Shown in pieces: positions 1 through 9,270 of a DNA stretch of 64,000 nt. The notes beneath the pieces were generated by a model. That model made no database searches. It was not told where the DNA came from and saw nothing but the letters and a program-made list of their open reading frames with translations. The translations under genes and the position numbers were made by a program. The stretch comes from an uncultured Methanosarcinales archaeon (GTDB lineage: Archaea > Nanobdellota > Nanobdellia > Woesearchaeales > JACPBV01): the NCBI GenBank assembly GCA_964609455.1, contig CAZSRD010000001.1, positions 70,920 to 134,919 on the forward strand. Direction: 5' to 3'. Within the stretch, counting starts at the first letter, position 1, and the number at the start of each line of letters is the position of its first letter.

Positions 1-543
1 TTAGAGTTTCCAGATTACATTAGCATTGAAGATGAAATTATTGATATCTTAAAGAGCAGGAACAAAAGATTGTATCTTGCATTGCCTTTATTACTTATTG
101 AGAAGTTTGATTATAATAGGATAATTAAGAGACTGGATAAAAAGTTACATAAGGAATTTGATAAGATAATTGGGATTACAGCTAAAATCTTTAAGCTTGA
201 GGGGATTGATAATCAGCTGCCAAGGGGAAAATTTGATAAGGGGGATTTCGAGTATTATTACAGCTCTTTTAAACAATTCATTGCCAGTAAAGAGAAAAAA
301 GATGAAGAAGATCTTAAGGAAAGCATAAGAATACGCTCAAAACTAAATATCAATAAGGCTTCATCTACAATATTCGCTCCGGGAAAATTGAGGATTATGA
401 ACCAGATATTTAATCATGAAAAACTGACTAATACTGAATTAAAATATTACTATAGGTCCATAAGGCCTTTGATACATGCAATACTGAATGAAAATCTGCA
501 GAAATATGTTCGAATTATTGAATCGACCAAAAAGTATAGTTAG
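1..543 (+). CDS. Hypothetical protein, 5'-truncated by the window edge. Reading frame 1 is open from base 1. The track ORF starts at an internal TTG at position 70.
   Basis: Open frame from nt 1 to the stop at 541-543. Lys/Glu-rich with no recognisable motif. Confidence 0.35.
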   Translation, partial: LEFPDYISIEDEIIDILKSRNKRLYLALPLLLIEKFDYNRIIKRLDKKLHKEFDKIIGITAKIFKLEGIDNQLPRGKFDKGDFEYYYSSFKQFIASKEKKDEEDLKESIRIRSKLNINKASSTIFAPGKLRIMNQIFNHEKLTNTELKYYYRSIRPLIHAILNENLQKYVRIIESTKKYS

Positions 544-546
544 AAT

Positions 547-561
547 TTAGGAAACAACCTA
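547..561. repeat. 15-bp direct repeat TTAGGAAACAACCTA, copy 1. It overlaps the stop of the PhzF-like gene.
   Basis: Exact 15-mer is also at 1477-1491. The two copies bracket the PhzF-family gene. Confidence 0.5.
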
Positions 562-1407
562 TTGTAGAAAAGCAATCCCGCCAACTTTTACTTTAGCTAT
601 CTTATTATTTTTTATGTCTAGACTGACCAAGACTTCAGATGGTCTATCCATGGAATAGCCTTGTTCAAAAATAAGATTTTTAGCTTGTTTTTTTGTAATC
701 ATCTTATTTTCAAATAAATAACATGCTAATGCACCATTGGCGGTTCCAGTAGCAGATTCTTCAGGCACACCATATAATGGAGCAAAATTTCTACAATGAG
801 CAGCTGATTTAAATTTAGTCTCTAATGTAAACAAATGATACCCAACTACCCCATATTTTTTACTAATCTTAATAATCTTAGGGAAATTGGGTTTTATTTT
901 ATGTAATTCTTTAATAGAATTAATAGGAATAAAAATCTCCTTTAATCCAGTTGAAACAATTTGAATTGGGAGATTTGGTGGAAAAGCAGCCTCAGATACA
1001 TTTAATGATTTGGCAATCTCTTTTTTACTAATGATTTCAGAAAATTTTGGTCTATTTTGCTCCATAAAGGCAGTTTTATCTTTTTTAATTTCAACGTTTA
1101 AGATACCTGCTTTGGTTTCTTGCGTATAATTTCCTGGTTTTATTATTCCTTTCTTAGCTAACAAGTAAAATGTTGCTATAGTCGCATGACCGCATAGATC
1201 AATTTCTTTATTTGGAGTAAAAAATCTAACCTTAAAATCTGCTTTATCAGATTTTTGAACAAAGGCGGTTTCAGAAAAACCAACTTTTTTAGCAATTATC
1301 TGCATATCTTTTTTAGACAAAGAATCTGCATCTATCACAACCCCTGCGGGATTGCCTCCTTTTTTTGATTTCGCAAATGCATTTAACGTATAAACTTTAA
1401 CATTCAT
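559..1407 (-). CDS. PhzF-family (phenazine biosynthesis-like) isomerase/epimerase
   Basis: GGNPAGVV near the N-terminus, FFTPNKEIDLCGHATIA and a C-terminal GTANGALACYL. These are the typical PhzF/YHI9 family motifs. Length 282 aa. Confidence 0.8.
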   Translation of the reverse strand: MNVKVYTLNAFAKSKKGGNPAGVVIDADSLSKKDMQIIAKKVGFSETAFVQKSDKADFKVRFFTPNKEIDLCGHATIATFYLLAKKGIIKPGNYTQETKAGILNVEIKKDKTAFMEQNRPKFSEIISKKEIAKSLNVSEAAFPPNLPIQIVSTGLKEIFIPINSIKELHKIKPNFPKIIKISKKYGVVGYHLFTLETKFKSAAHCRNFAPLYGVPEESATGTANGALACYLFENKMITKKQAKNLIFEQGYSMDRPSEVLVSLDIKNNKIAKVKVGGIAFLQ

Positions 1408-1476
1408 ATTATTATTTAATGAAATGAATAGTATATAAATACTTTGTTGAGAAATTTAAAAGTTTTTTATTAAAAC

Positions 1477-1491
1477 TTAGGAAACAACCTA
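1477..1491. repeat. 15-bp direct repeat TTAGGAAACAACCTA, copy 2. It lies about 70 bp upstream of the PhzF-like start.
   Basis: Exact match to 547-561. Confidence 0.5.
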
Positions 1492-1628
1492 CCAGTTCTT
1501 TTCATATAATCTTTGTATTTTAATAAATGTTATGTTTAAGAAGAAGAATAAATAAAGGGGCAAAAGGTCAGCCTTCTCTTTGTAAAAATTTATAAAGAAC
1601 AAATACTTTAATCCTTATAGGTGATATC

Positions 1629-1964
1629 ATGAGAAAAATAATCTATTCAATAATCTTGTTGTGTGTTTTAGTTGGCTGCACAATACAGGAACCAGTAGAA
1701 GAAGTAACAGAACCAACAGTTGAAGAAATCCTTGAACCACAACTAACAATCGAACAGGCAAGAGAACTAGCTCAAGGCACAGAATGCACAGAAAAAGGAA
1801 CATTAATAGATAATTATATGTTTAATGAAAATTCAAAAACCTGGTGGATTGATTTAGAGATGAAGCCAGAGTTTGAAAACGAGCTTTGCAGTCCAGCATG
1901 TGTTGTTTTTGAAGAAACCAATGAAGTAGAGATCAACTGGAGATGCACAGGCGCTTTACCTTAA
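1629..1964 (+). CDS. Small secreted/lipoprotein-like protein, cysteine-rich
   Basis: N-terminal MRKIIYSIILLCVLVGC is a signal peptide with a lipobox-like LVGC. Six Cys in 111 aa. Confidence 0.45.
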   Translation: MRKIIYSIILLCVLVGCTIQEPVEEVTEPTVEEILEPQLTIEQARELAQGTECTEKGTLIDNYMFNENSKTWWIDLEMKPEFENELCSPACVVFEETNEVEINWRCTGALP

Positions 1965-2804
1965 ATCGAAATATTCAGTGAGTCTCCCTAGATGTATCAT
2001 TATATTAGTCTTAACATCGAAGTACCTTTCCCGGCCATAAAATCCTAACCCTAAACCTTCCTGAAATGCAACAGCATATGATGTTTTCTTAATATGCTTT
2101 TTGATGATTTTATGCACACTGCTATAAAATAACATCCTGACAAGCGCAGCAGCCCCAGATTCATCATCTGGCCTTACCCTTTCAGCGCTTGAATGCTGCA
2201 AAACAACCTCTCCATCCTTTATTCTGTAGTTAGTAGGAGCACATAATCCTTCTAAGTTTATGCCATCCCTGCATATCTTCCCTAATCTAAAACCCCATTT
2301 CCCAAATAATTCACATCTGCGTTTAAAATCAGCCTTTTTCAGCTCATTAAAAAAGCTTTTCCTTGCGCATTCCGAAGCAATATAAACCTCGCCATTTGCA
2401 ACAACAACCCCAAAAACCTGAGGTTTATGCCCCAAATAACTTGGCAGGAACTCATCCGGAATGCAGTAAAGAGCCCTGTCTGACCATTGCAACTCATCGC
2501 CAAAATGAACAGGAACTGGAACTTCACTCTCTGCAAGTTCTTGCCCATGTAATGCGAACAACAATCCGCCAACCCCGCAAAATAGCCCATCATATCTTCT
2601 GTCATCTGATCCTGCATGGTAAACAGGAACAACATATTCATCCCCGCCATAATCCAATGAAACAACATCCCTTTTAGTGTTCAAAGGCAGCCAGGCTTCA
2701 AATAGCTCCCTATTCCTCCCCATCGCTTCAACCTGTTCAGGTGTAAGCCCTTCAGCTACCCTGCTCGGCAGCAAATCTATTTCATCTTCTATCAAGCGCA
2801 ACAT
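1956..2804 (-). CDS. Hypothetical protein with atypical composition (GC-rich, Arg/Leu/Gly/Val-rich)
   Basis: 282-aa ORF. Its DNA is visibly more GC-rich than neighbouring genes. No confident motif. Antisense ORFs 2339-2668 and 2363-2677 are nested inside and regarded as spurious. Confidence 0.45.
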   Translation of the reverse strand: MLRLIEDEIDLLPSRVAEGLTPEQVEAMGRNRELFEAWLPLNTKRDVVSLDYGGDEYVVPVYHAGSDDRRYDGLFCGVGGLLFALHGQELAESEVPVPVHFGDELQWSDRALYCIPDEFLPSYLGHKPQVFGVVVANGEVYIASECARKSFFNELKKADFKRRCELFGKWGFRLGKICRDGINLEGLCAPTNYRIKDGEVVLQHSSAERVRPDDESGAAALVRMLFYSSVHKIIKKHIKKTSYAVAFQEGLGLGFYGRERYFDVKTNIMIHLGRLTEYFDLR

Positions 2805-2844
2805 AAACCGTCAAAGTTACAGGGCTTTTTTTAAATATATCTAT

Positions 2845-3336
2845 TTATGCAACCAGCTTCTTAACAAATCTAGAACTCAACCCAGCAAAAGCAGCCCATA
2901 ACAAATCGCTGAAGAACAGAGCAATAACTATTGCATTTACTGCTTTTACAGGCATTCCTGCTAGATAAACATCAGTAAGCCATAACCAGGGCATCTGAAT
3001 AAGATAAGCAGCTAAAGCAGCAATTATCAGATTCCATCTCAGCCTTATAAATAAGCCAAATAACCCTCCAAGAATAACATTCCCAACTAGGACATAAGGA
3101 TTATTCAAGGCAGCAGCAGTCCATATTGAGCCAAAAGCACCTGAGATTATTCCTCCAACAGGGCCATAAATCAAAGCTGCTAAAAATATCAAATACTGAA
3201 AGAAATGAACCCTAACACCAAAAACAGTTGTATGAAACAAGCCTAAAACATTTGGGAATATTGCTAAGAATGAGAATAAAGTTATGTTTTTCCATGTCCA
3301 TTTTATATCGAAGTTGAAGATGTTTTTGTATTGCAT
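2845..3336 (-). CDS. Small polytopic membrane protein, ECF-transporter S-component-like (putative vitamin/queuosine-precursor uptake)
   Basis: 163 aa with about 5 hydrophobic helices and Gly-rich helices (GPVGGIISGAFGS). No partner ATPase in the window. Confidence 0.4.
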   Translation of the reverse strand: MQYKNIFNFDIKWTWKNITLFSFLAIFPNVLGLFHTTVFGVRVHFFQYLIFLAALIYGPVGGIISGAFGSIWTAAALNNPYVLVGNVILGGLFGLFIRLRWNLIIAALAAYLIQMPWLWLTDVYLAGMPVKAVNAIVIALFFSDLLWAAFAGLSSRFVKKLVA

Positions 3337-3371
3337 AAAAAAAGATAAGAGCTTCTAATTTAAATAATTAA

Positions 3372-4607
3372 CTAATCCAGCACAGGCATTATGCAGCTTC
3401 TAGATGCAATATCTTTTCCAATCTTTCTCAGGGCAGCTTCAACCTTGCTTAGCTCTGTCCTTTCAGTAACCATCGCTAATGGAACAAACTCTCCTTCTGG
3501 CCTGTGTTTTTCATCCTGCACAACCTTTGCTATATTCACTCCAAAATCTGCAAGGGCAGTCGCTATCTTTGCAAAAACCCCTGCAACATGCAAAGCATCA
3601 AAAGCTACAAAAAACCTTGAATCAGTAAGCTCGGTTGATAATATCTGGCATTTCTTTCCATCAAACCAATTAATCTCCCCATATTCTTTGCCAATCCTTT
3701 TTGCAATGTTTCTTATATCGCTGACAACAGCTCCAGGTGTTGCTGGCGAGCCAGCGCCCTCTCCTGCAAAGAGAAGATGCGCATTACCCTCAAGATAAAC
3801 ACCATTCATTTCGTAACTTATCTTTGCCAAGTCATGAGTTTTAATAACTAAAGCAGGTCTTACCCACGCATTTAACCTGCTATCTATAATTCTTGCTGCA
3901 GCTATAAGTTTTATCTTATACCCTGGGTCAAACCTGGAAGCTAAATAAAGGTCATTCTTAGTTAATTTTGTAATTCCCTCTTTATATATCTCTTCAGAGC
4001 TTATCTTACATCCAAAATTAATGGAAGCCAATATTGCCAGTTTCTGCGCAGCATCCTTTCCTTCAACATCAAAGCTGGGATCCTTTTCTGCAAAGCCTTT
4101 CTGCTGCGCTTCTTTTAATGCATCTTTATAGCTTAATCCTTCACCCATTCTTGTTAAAATATAATTGGTTGTTCCATTCAAGATGCCCATAATTGTTTTT
4201 GTATTATTTCCAACTGCCCCAAACTTCAATGCATTGATTATTGGAATCCCGCCGCAGACAGCAGCTTCAAAGAACAAATACACCTTATTTTTAATTGCTA
4301 TTTCATTAAGCTCTGCCCCATATTTATCAATAACAGCTTTGTTTGCTGTAACAACATGCTTTCCATTCTCCAAAGCTTTTTTTATAAACTCGTAAGCAGG
4401 ATTATACCCTCCAATCAGCTCAACAACAATATCAACTTCTTTATTTTCCAGAACATCATTAACATCTGTAGAAAAAGGCAAGCCAAAAACATCTCTTTCT
4501 TTTCTGGAATCGACTAACTTAACTATCTTAATCTCTTTATCCCCCTTTAACTGCTCCACAACTCCGCTTCCAATAGTTCCTAAGCCAATTATTCCAACAT
4601 TTGCCAT
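3372..4607 (-). CDS. hom: Homoserine dehydrogenase with C-terminal ACT domain
   Basis: N-terminal NAD-binding MANVGIIGLGTIGSGVV. The catalytic core and C-terminal regulatory domain are typical of Hom. 411 aa. Confidence 0.85.
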   Translation of the reverse strand: MANVGIIGLGTIGSGVVEQLKGDKEIKIVKLVDSRKERDVFGLPFSTDVNDVLENKEVDIVVELIGGYNPAYEFIKKALENGKHVVTANKAVIDKYGAELNEIAIKNKVYLFFEAAVCGGIPIINALKFGAVGNNTKTIMGILNGTTNYILTRMGEGLSYKDALKEAQQKGFAEKDPSFDVEGKDAAQKLAILASINFGCKISSEEIYKEGITKLTKNDLYLASRFDPGYKIKLIAAARIIDSRLNAWVRPALVIKTHDLAKISYEMNGVYLEGNAHLLFAGEGAGSPATPGAVVSDIRNIAKRIGKEYGEINWFDGKKCQILSTELTDSRFFVAFDALHVAGVFAKIATALADFGVNIAKVVQDEKHRPEGEFVPLAMVTERTELSKVEAALRKIGKDIASRSCIMPVLD

Positions 4608-4706
4608 TTTATTAGACTAAAACAAAGAACTTTTTATAAATATTCTCTTTTTGTTATCATCATAACACAATATATTTAAATAAGCCATATATCTTTATTT
4701 TTTAGA

Positions 4707-5783
4707 ATGAGAAAATTAAGAGTGGGAATATTAGGCGCAACTGGAATGGTCGGACAAAGGTTTATAACTTTATTAGATGCTCATCCATGGTTTGATGTAG
4801 TGGCTGTAGCTGCTTCTCCAAGATCTGCTGGAAAAAAATACCAAGAAGCTGTTGAAGGAAGATGGTTTTCTAAGAACGCAATACCAGCAAATGTTAAAGA
4901 TTTAATTGTTAGTGATGTTGCAGATATTGATGCTATAAAATCCAAGGTTGACTTTGTCTTTTCAGCAATTGAATCTTCAAAGGATGAAATCAAAGCCTTT
5001 GAAAATAAATACGCAGAAAACAACATTCCAGTAGTTTCAAACAATTCAGCACACAGATGGACAAAAGATGTTCCGATGATAATCCCAGAGATCAATCCCC
5101 ATCACTTAGAAATGATTGATATACAAAAAAAGAATCATGGATGGAACAAAGGATTTGTAGTTGTAAAGCCAAATTGCTCATTGCAGAGCTATCTGCCAGC
5201 TATTGCTCCATTGCTTAAATTTAATCCTACAGAAATGATAATAACTACAATGCAGGCTATCTCTGGGGCAGGAAAAACCTTTGAGACATATCCTGAAATA
5301 CTGGATAATGTAATTCCCTTTATCGGTGGAGAAGAGGAAAAATCAGAGCAAGAGCCATTAAAGATATTGGGAAAAATAGAGAACAATGAATTTGTCAATT
5401 ATGATGGTATGAAGATATCTGCGCATTGCAATAGAGTTGCAGCTTCTGACGGCCATATGGCAACTATTTCTGTAAAATTTGAAAATAAGCCAACAAAAGA
5501 AGAAATCTTGAGTATATGGAAAAATTACAGGCCAGAGCCTCAACAGCTTGGATTACCTACTGCTCCTGACCCGGTACTAATATACTATGATGAAGAAAAC
5601 AGGCCGCAGACTAAATTAGACAGGGATGCTGGAAAAGGAATGGCAATTACACTAGGAAGGTTAAGGGAATGCAATGTATTTGACTATAGGTTTGCTGCTC
5701 TTTCGCATAATACCATAAGGGGAGCAGCAGGCGGCGCTATCTTAGTTGCTGAATTGTTGTATAAGAAAGGGTATTTGGGTTAA
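4707..5783 (+). CDS. asd: Aspartate-semialdehyde dehydrogenase
   Basis: VGILGATGMVGQRF Rossmann motif, active-site region SNNSAHRW/CSLQ, 358 aa. Divergent from hom. Confidence 0.9.
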   Translation: MRKLRVGILGATGMVGQRFITLLDAHPWFDVVAVAASPRSAGKKYQEAVEGRWFSKNAIPANVKDLIVSDVADIDAIKSKVDFVFSAIESSKDEIKAFENKYAENNIPVVSNNSAHRWTKDVPMIIPEINPHHLEMIDIQKKNHGWNKGFVVVKPNCSLQSYLPAIAPLLKFNPTEMIITTMQAISGAGKTFETYPEILDNVIPFIGGEEEKSEQEPLKILGKIENNEFVNYDGMKISAHCNRVAASDGHMATISVKFENKPTKEEILSIWKNYRPEPQQLGLPTAPDPVLIYYDEENRPQTKLDRDAGKGMAITLGRLRECNVFDYRFAALSHNTIRGAAGGAILVAELLYKKGYLG

Positions 5784-5784
5784 A

Positions 5785-6255
5785 CTATTCTTTACCTGTT
5801 TTCTGTTTAACCGCTTTTTTAAGCTCATCTTGATAAATTTTTAAATTGTTCTCCCAAATACTTCCTAAACTTAAGATAGCCCAAACCTCCTGAGACATTA
5901 TTTTCCTCCAATAATCCTTGAAACCAGAAGTATTATCTGCTTTTAAGCATAGTTGGTATCTTTGCTCAACTAGTTGTATAAGGTCTAATGTGGTATAAAC
6001 AAAAGAAAATTCAGTAGGGTCGTCAAGTTTTTTTAAATCTATTCTTCGGTATGGTCCAGCAATATTATCACTGAAATTTTTAAATGCTTCTTGAACTTCT
6101 GATTCAGGATAATCACCCCTCATACCTTCAATAATGCCTGTAAGTTTTGTTCTAAATCCTTCAATCTTGATGGAATGATACAATTCAATCCTTCCATGAA
6201 TATAGCTTATTCTTGATTCAAGGTCTGTCGGAAATCTATCTGTATTTACCCCCAT
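5785..6255 (-). CDS. Hypothetical protein
   Basis: 156-aa ORF, no recognisable motif. Confidence 0.35.
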   Translation of the reverse strand: MGVNTDRFPTDLESRISYIHGRIELYHSIKIEGFRTKLTGIIEGMRGDYPESEVQEAFKNFSDNIAGPYRRIDLKKLDDPTEFSFVYTTLDLIQLVEQRYQLCLKADNTSGFKDYWRKIMSQEVWAILSLGSIWENNLKIYQDELKKAVKQKTGKE

Positions 6256-6302
6256 GACTTAGAAGAATACAATTATCTTTAAAAATATATAGAATATTTG
6301 AT

Positions 6303-6680
6303 TTAATTCCCTAAATAAACAACATCTTTTTCTTTTTTAAAGTGAGGGTCTCCAGAAACCAATTGCAGTTTATGCGCTTTTGCGCTTTCATATATTAAAG
6401 AATCCCCTAATCCCCACTTCTTCTTGACATTTGTTTTAGCTGCATTCAGAGCTGTTTGTGGCTCTACAGGTATGACAAAACATCTGGACATCATAAAAAC
6501 CATAAAACCATCTGCTTCCTGCTCTGTATGAGTTAATAAAAAATGTTTATAGACTTCAGAGAGATTTATTACGCTAATGAATAGCTTTCCATCTCCATCA
6601 ATATATTCTTCAACCTTTTTTCCCAACTTGGTTCCGTTGAAATACTCTACCCAACACCAAGAATCAAGCAAAACGGTCAA
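6303..6680 (-). CDS. vapC: PIN-domain toxin (VapC-like)
   Basis: Acidic PIN residues (LLDS near the N-terminus, GDSLIYESA near the C-terminus). 125 aa. Overlaps the upstream small ORF by 17 nt. Confidence 0.7.
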   Translation of the reverse strand: MTVLLDSWCWVEYFNGTKLGKKVEEYIDGDGKLFISVINLSEVYKHFLLTHTEQEADGFMVFMMSRCFVIPVEPQTALNAAKTNVKKKWGLGDSLIYESAKAHKLQLVSGDPHFKKEKDVVYLGN

Positions 6681-6858
6681 TTTCTTCCCTCACAAATGGC
6701 CTTTTAGTTTTGGCTTTGCCGAAATAAGATTTTTTTAATCTTTTTGCCTTGCTTATAAGCTTTTGAATTGTTTCATCATAGGATTCTGTATTTAATTCAT
6801 TCTTCATCATTGTCAACAAAAAGTATGTATCATCCTTTAAAGCAACAGTTGTAGCCAT
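6664..6858 (-). CDS. vapB: Putative antitoxin (VapB-like) of the PIN toxin
   Basis: 64-aa ORF immediately upstream of vapC and overlapping it. Basic C-terminus. Confidence 0.5.
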   Translation of the reverse strand: MATTVALKDDTYFLLTMMKNELNTESYDETIQKLISKAKRLKKSYFGKAKTKRPFVREEIDRFA

Positions 6859-6979
6859 ATTATATCACCATAACTTATAGAACTATAACTTATATTTAAA
6901 TTTTTTGGTTTTGCGATTTTCACACAAAAATGGGGCTCATCGTAGGGAAAATTTTGGGAATAACATACAACTTTTTTTT

Positions 6980-7048
6980 GACCGTAAAGTTTTATAAACT
7001 TTATTTCTAAACCGTTACGGTCTCCATTTTATTCCGACCGTAAAGTTT
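6980..7048. promoter_or_regulatory. Three copies of GACCGTAA(AGTTT) (direct, inverted, direct) in the divergent vapBC / protease-rimK intergenic region. Candidate operator.
   Basis: GACCGTAAAGTTT at 6980-6992 and 7036-7048. TTACGGTC (the reverse complement) at 7015-7022. Confidence 0.4.
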
Positions 7049-7076
7049 AAAAACACCAATACAAGCTCTAAGGTAT

Positions 7077-7442
7077 ATGACATACAGGAAAATTGACAAC
7101 AAAATAGTTATCGGATTGATAGAGCCGGTTGTGATATACAGCAAGACAGAAGGCAAGAAAACAATAATGGCAAAGATAGACACAGGAGCATCAAAAAGCT
7201 CTATAGATGTGAACCTAGCCTCACAACTCAGATTAGGCCCAATAATAAGGTCAAAATTGGTTAAATCTGCATCTGGAAACAAGGTAAGGCCGGTTATAGA
7301 GACAGAGATTGAATTAGCAGATAAGAGATCAAAAGAGGAGTTTACATTAGCGGATAGGTGGCATATGAAATATAGGGTATTGATAGGGCAAAATATTCTG
7401 AAACATGGCTATTTTATTGACCCTTCAAAAATTCAAAAATGA
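7077..7442 (+). CDS. Retropepsin-like aspartic protease (the so-called putative ATP-dependent zinc protease family commonly paired with RimK)
   Basis: KIDTGASKSSI contains the D-T-G-A aspartyl protease signature. 121 aa. Stop overlaps the rimK start (ATGA). Confidence 0.6.
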   Translation: MTYRKIDNKIVIGLIEPVVIYSKTEGKKTIMAKIDTGASKSSIDVNLASQLRLGPIIRSKLVKSASGNKVRPVIETEIELADKRSKEEFTLADRWHMKYRVLIGQNILKHGYFIDPSKIQK

Positions 7443-8515
7443 AAGCAGCGCTAATATCCCTGGGTTCTACAAGTTCAGAATGGACTATTAAAGCTATGGA
7501 GAAATATTTTGATAATGTAGATGCTATAAATTTAAGAAATATTGAAGTAAATTTATCATCTGGCAAGTCAGATGTGCTTTATGATGGAAAACCATTAGAA
7601 AAATATGACTGCATATACGCCAAAGGAAGCTTTAGATATGCCCAGACATTAAGGGCTGTAACAGGAGCACTATACCCTGCAACATACATGCCGGTAAAAG
7701 CAGGAGCTTTTACAGTTGGGCATGATAAATTGATAACACACCTTTTCTTACAACAATATAAAATTCCAATGCCTACTACTTATTTAAGTTCATCACCAAC
7801 AGCTGCAAAAAAGATTTTGCAGAAGGTGAATTATCCGATTATATTCAAATTTCCTTCTGGGACAGGAGGAAAAGGAGTCATGTATGCAGAAAGTTTTGCA
7901 GCTGCATCTTCTTTGATGGATGCTTTAGAGGCCTTAAGGCAGCCCTTCCTTATACAAGAATATATAGAAACTGGGGGAGAGGATATAAGGGCTATAGTGG
8001 TTGGAGACAAGGTAGTTGCTGCTATGAAAAGAAAAGCAATTCTTGGAGAGAAAAGAGCTAACATACATGCTGGTGGTGAGGGAGAAGCTTACTTACCTGA
8101 TTCACATATGAAAAAAATAGCTGTTGAAGCAGCCCAGGCAGTAGGGGCAGATATATGCGCTGTTGACCTTTTAGAGAGTGTTAAGGGGCCTGTTGTTGTA
8201 GAAGTTAATTTAAGCCCTGGATTGCAGGGAATAACAAAAGCAACTGGCATAGATGTTGCTGATAAGATTGCCAAGTTTCTTTATGAAAAAACAAAAACAT
8301 TTACAGAAAAAGGCACTAAAAAAGGAACAGGGGATATTATGAAAGAGATTGGCGTTGATAAAAAGGCAAAGGAGCAGCAGATTGTTACAAATCTTGACTT
8401 TAGGGGCGAGAGAATCCTATTGCCTAAATTAGTCACAGAGTTATGTAATTTTGATGATAAGCACGAGTGTGTAATAAAGATAAAGAAAGGAAAAATGGAG
8501 ATTGAGAGAGTATAA
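7439..8515 (+). CDS. rimK: RimK-family ATP-grasp alpha-L-glutamate ligase with a ~60-aa C-terminal extension
   Basis: ATP-grasp core (FPSGTGGKGVMYAE, IQEYIETGGEDIRAIVVGD, AVDLLES). 358 aa versus ~300 for canonical RimK. Confidence 0.7.
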   Translation: MKAALISLGSTSSEWTIKAMEKYFDNVDAINLRNIEVNLSSGKSDVLYDGKPLEKYDCIYAKGSFRYAQTLRAVTGALYPATYMPVKAGAFTVGHDKLITHLFLQQYKIPMPTTYLSSSPTAAKKILQKVNYPIIFKFPSGTGGKGVMYAESFAAASSLMDALEALRQPFLIQEYIETGGEDIRAIVVGDKVVAAMKRKAILGEKRANIHAGGEGEAYLPDSHMKKIAVEAAQAVGADICAVDLLESVKGPVVVEVNLSPGLQGITKATGIDVADKIAKFLYEKTKTFTEKGTKKGTGDIMKEIGVDKKAKEQQIVTNLDFRGERILLPKLVTELCNFDDKHECVIKIKKGKMEIERV

Positions 8516-9226
8516 TTATTCTAGAAATTTAGCTGCGAGTTTTTTTCCTGCACTTCCCGGCAGGAATTTTATGAGATTAAAGAACGCTGTTTCTGGCAAT
8601 AAACCTATATTGTTATTTTTGAAATTTTCCACAAAAAATGAAGGGTCTTTTATATAGCCATCATAGATTTTTGCCAGTAAAGCTGCTCTCAATGTTATCC
8701 TATCATTTTCTATATTGAAAGGCGGATCTTTGAAGAGGTCCTCTTTGCTTATACCGTTCTTTGATAAAACTGAATATGGGTCGTTTGAAGTCAAAGCAAG
8801 GATGTATTGATTTTTCATCAATACTTTCTCACCTATTGGGATACGCTCATCAATATTTTCCAGGGCCTCAACATTAATGAAGATTATCTTGTAGTAATCA
8901 TCTAATAACGTGTTGTAAAACCTTTCTTTGATATATGTGGTGTAAAACAGTGTTTCTTCTGCGTTTAAATACCTTAGTTCTTCACCTGCGATTAGGGCAG
9001 TGATGAATTCATCCTTATTTTGCAATATTATTAATTTGTCATCATTTAAAAAATTCTCCTTTAGGCTTCTCATATCCTGGACTACAAAAGAGCCAAAAAT
9101 TACAGAGAAGATTATCAATGTTAAAATTGAGAATGCTATTGCCTTAATTGTCTTTTCCACTATGATTAGAATAAGCGCTATTATGAATATCATCAATGTC
9201 AGGCTTGAGAACAGCATAATATCCAT
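8516..9226 (-). CDS. Membrane-anchored hypothetical protein
   Basis: Two N-terminal hydrophobic helices followed by a soluble domain. 236 aa. Confidence 0.35.
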   Translation of the reverse strand: MDIMLFSSLTLMIFIIALILIIVEKTIKAIAFSILTLIIFSVIFGSFVVQDMRSLKENFLNDDKLIILQNKDEFITALIAGEELRYLNAEETLFYTTYIKERFYNTLLDDYYKIIFINVEALENIDERIPIGEKVLMKNQYILALTSNDPYSVLSKNGISKEDLFKDPPFNIENDRITLRAALLAKIYDGYIKDPSFFVENFKNNNIGLLPETAFFNLIKFLPGSAGKKLAAKFLE

Positions 9227-9270
9227 ATTGTGCTCTTTAACCTGATTATATATAAAGGTTTTTATTCAAA

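Noticed and set aside
2339-2677. ORFs 2339-2668 (-) and 2363-2677 (+) nested within the GC-rich gene
   Set aside because: They lie inside, and antisense or out-of-frame to, the longer 1956-2804 ORF. GC-rich DNA gives long spurious open frames.
3391-4395. ORFs 3391-3798 (+) and 4165-4395 (+) inside hom
   Set aside because: Antisense to a confidently identified homoserine dehydrogenase, with low-complexity translations.
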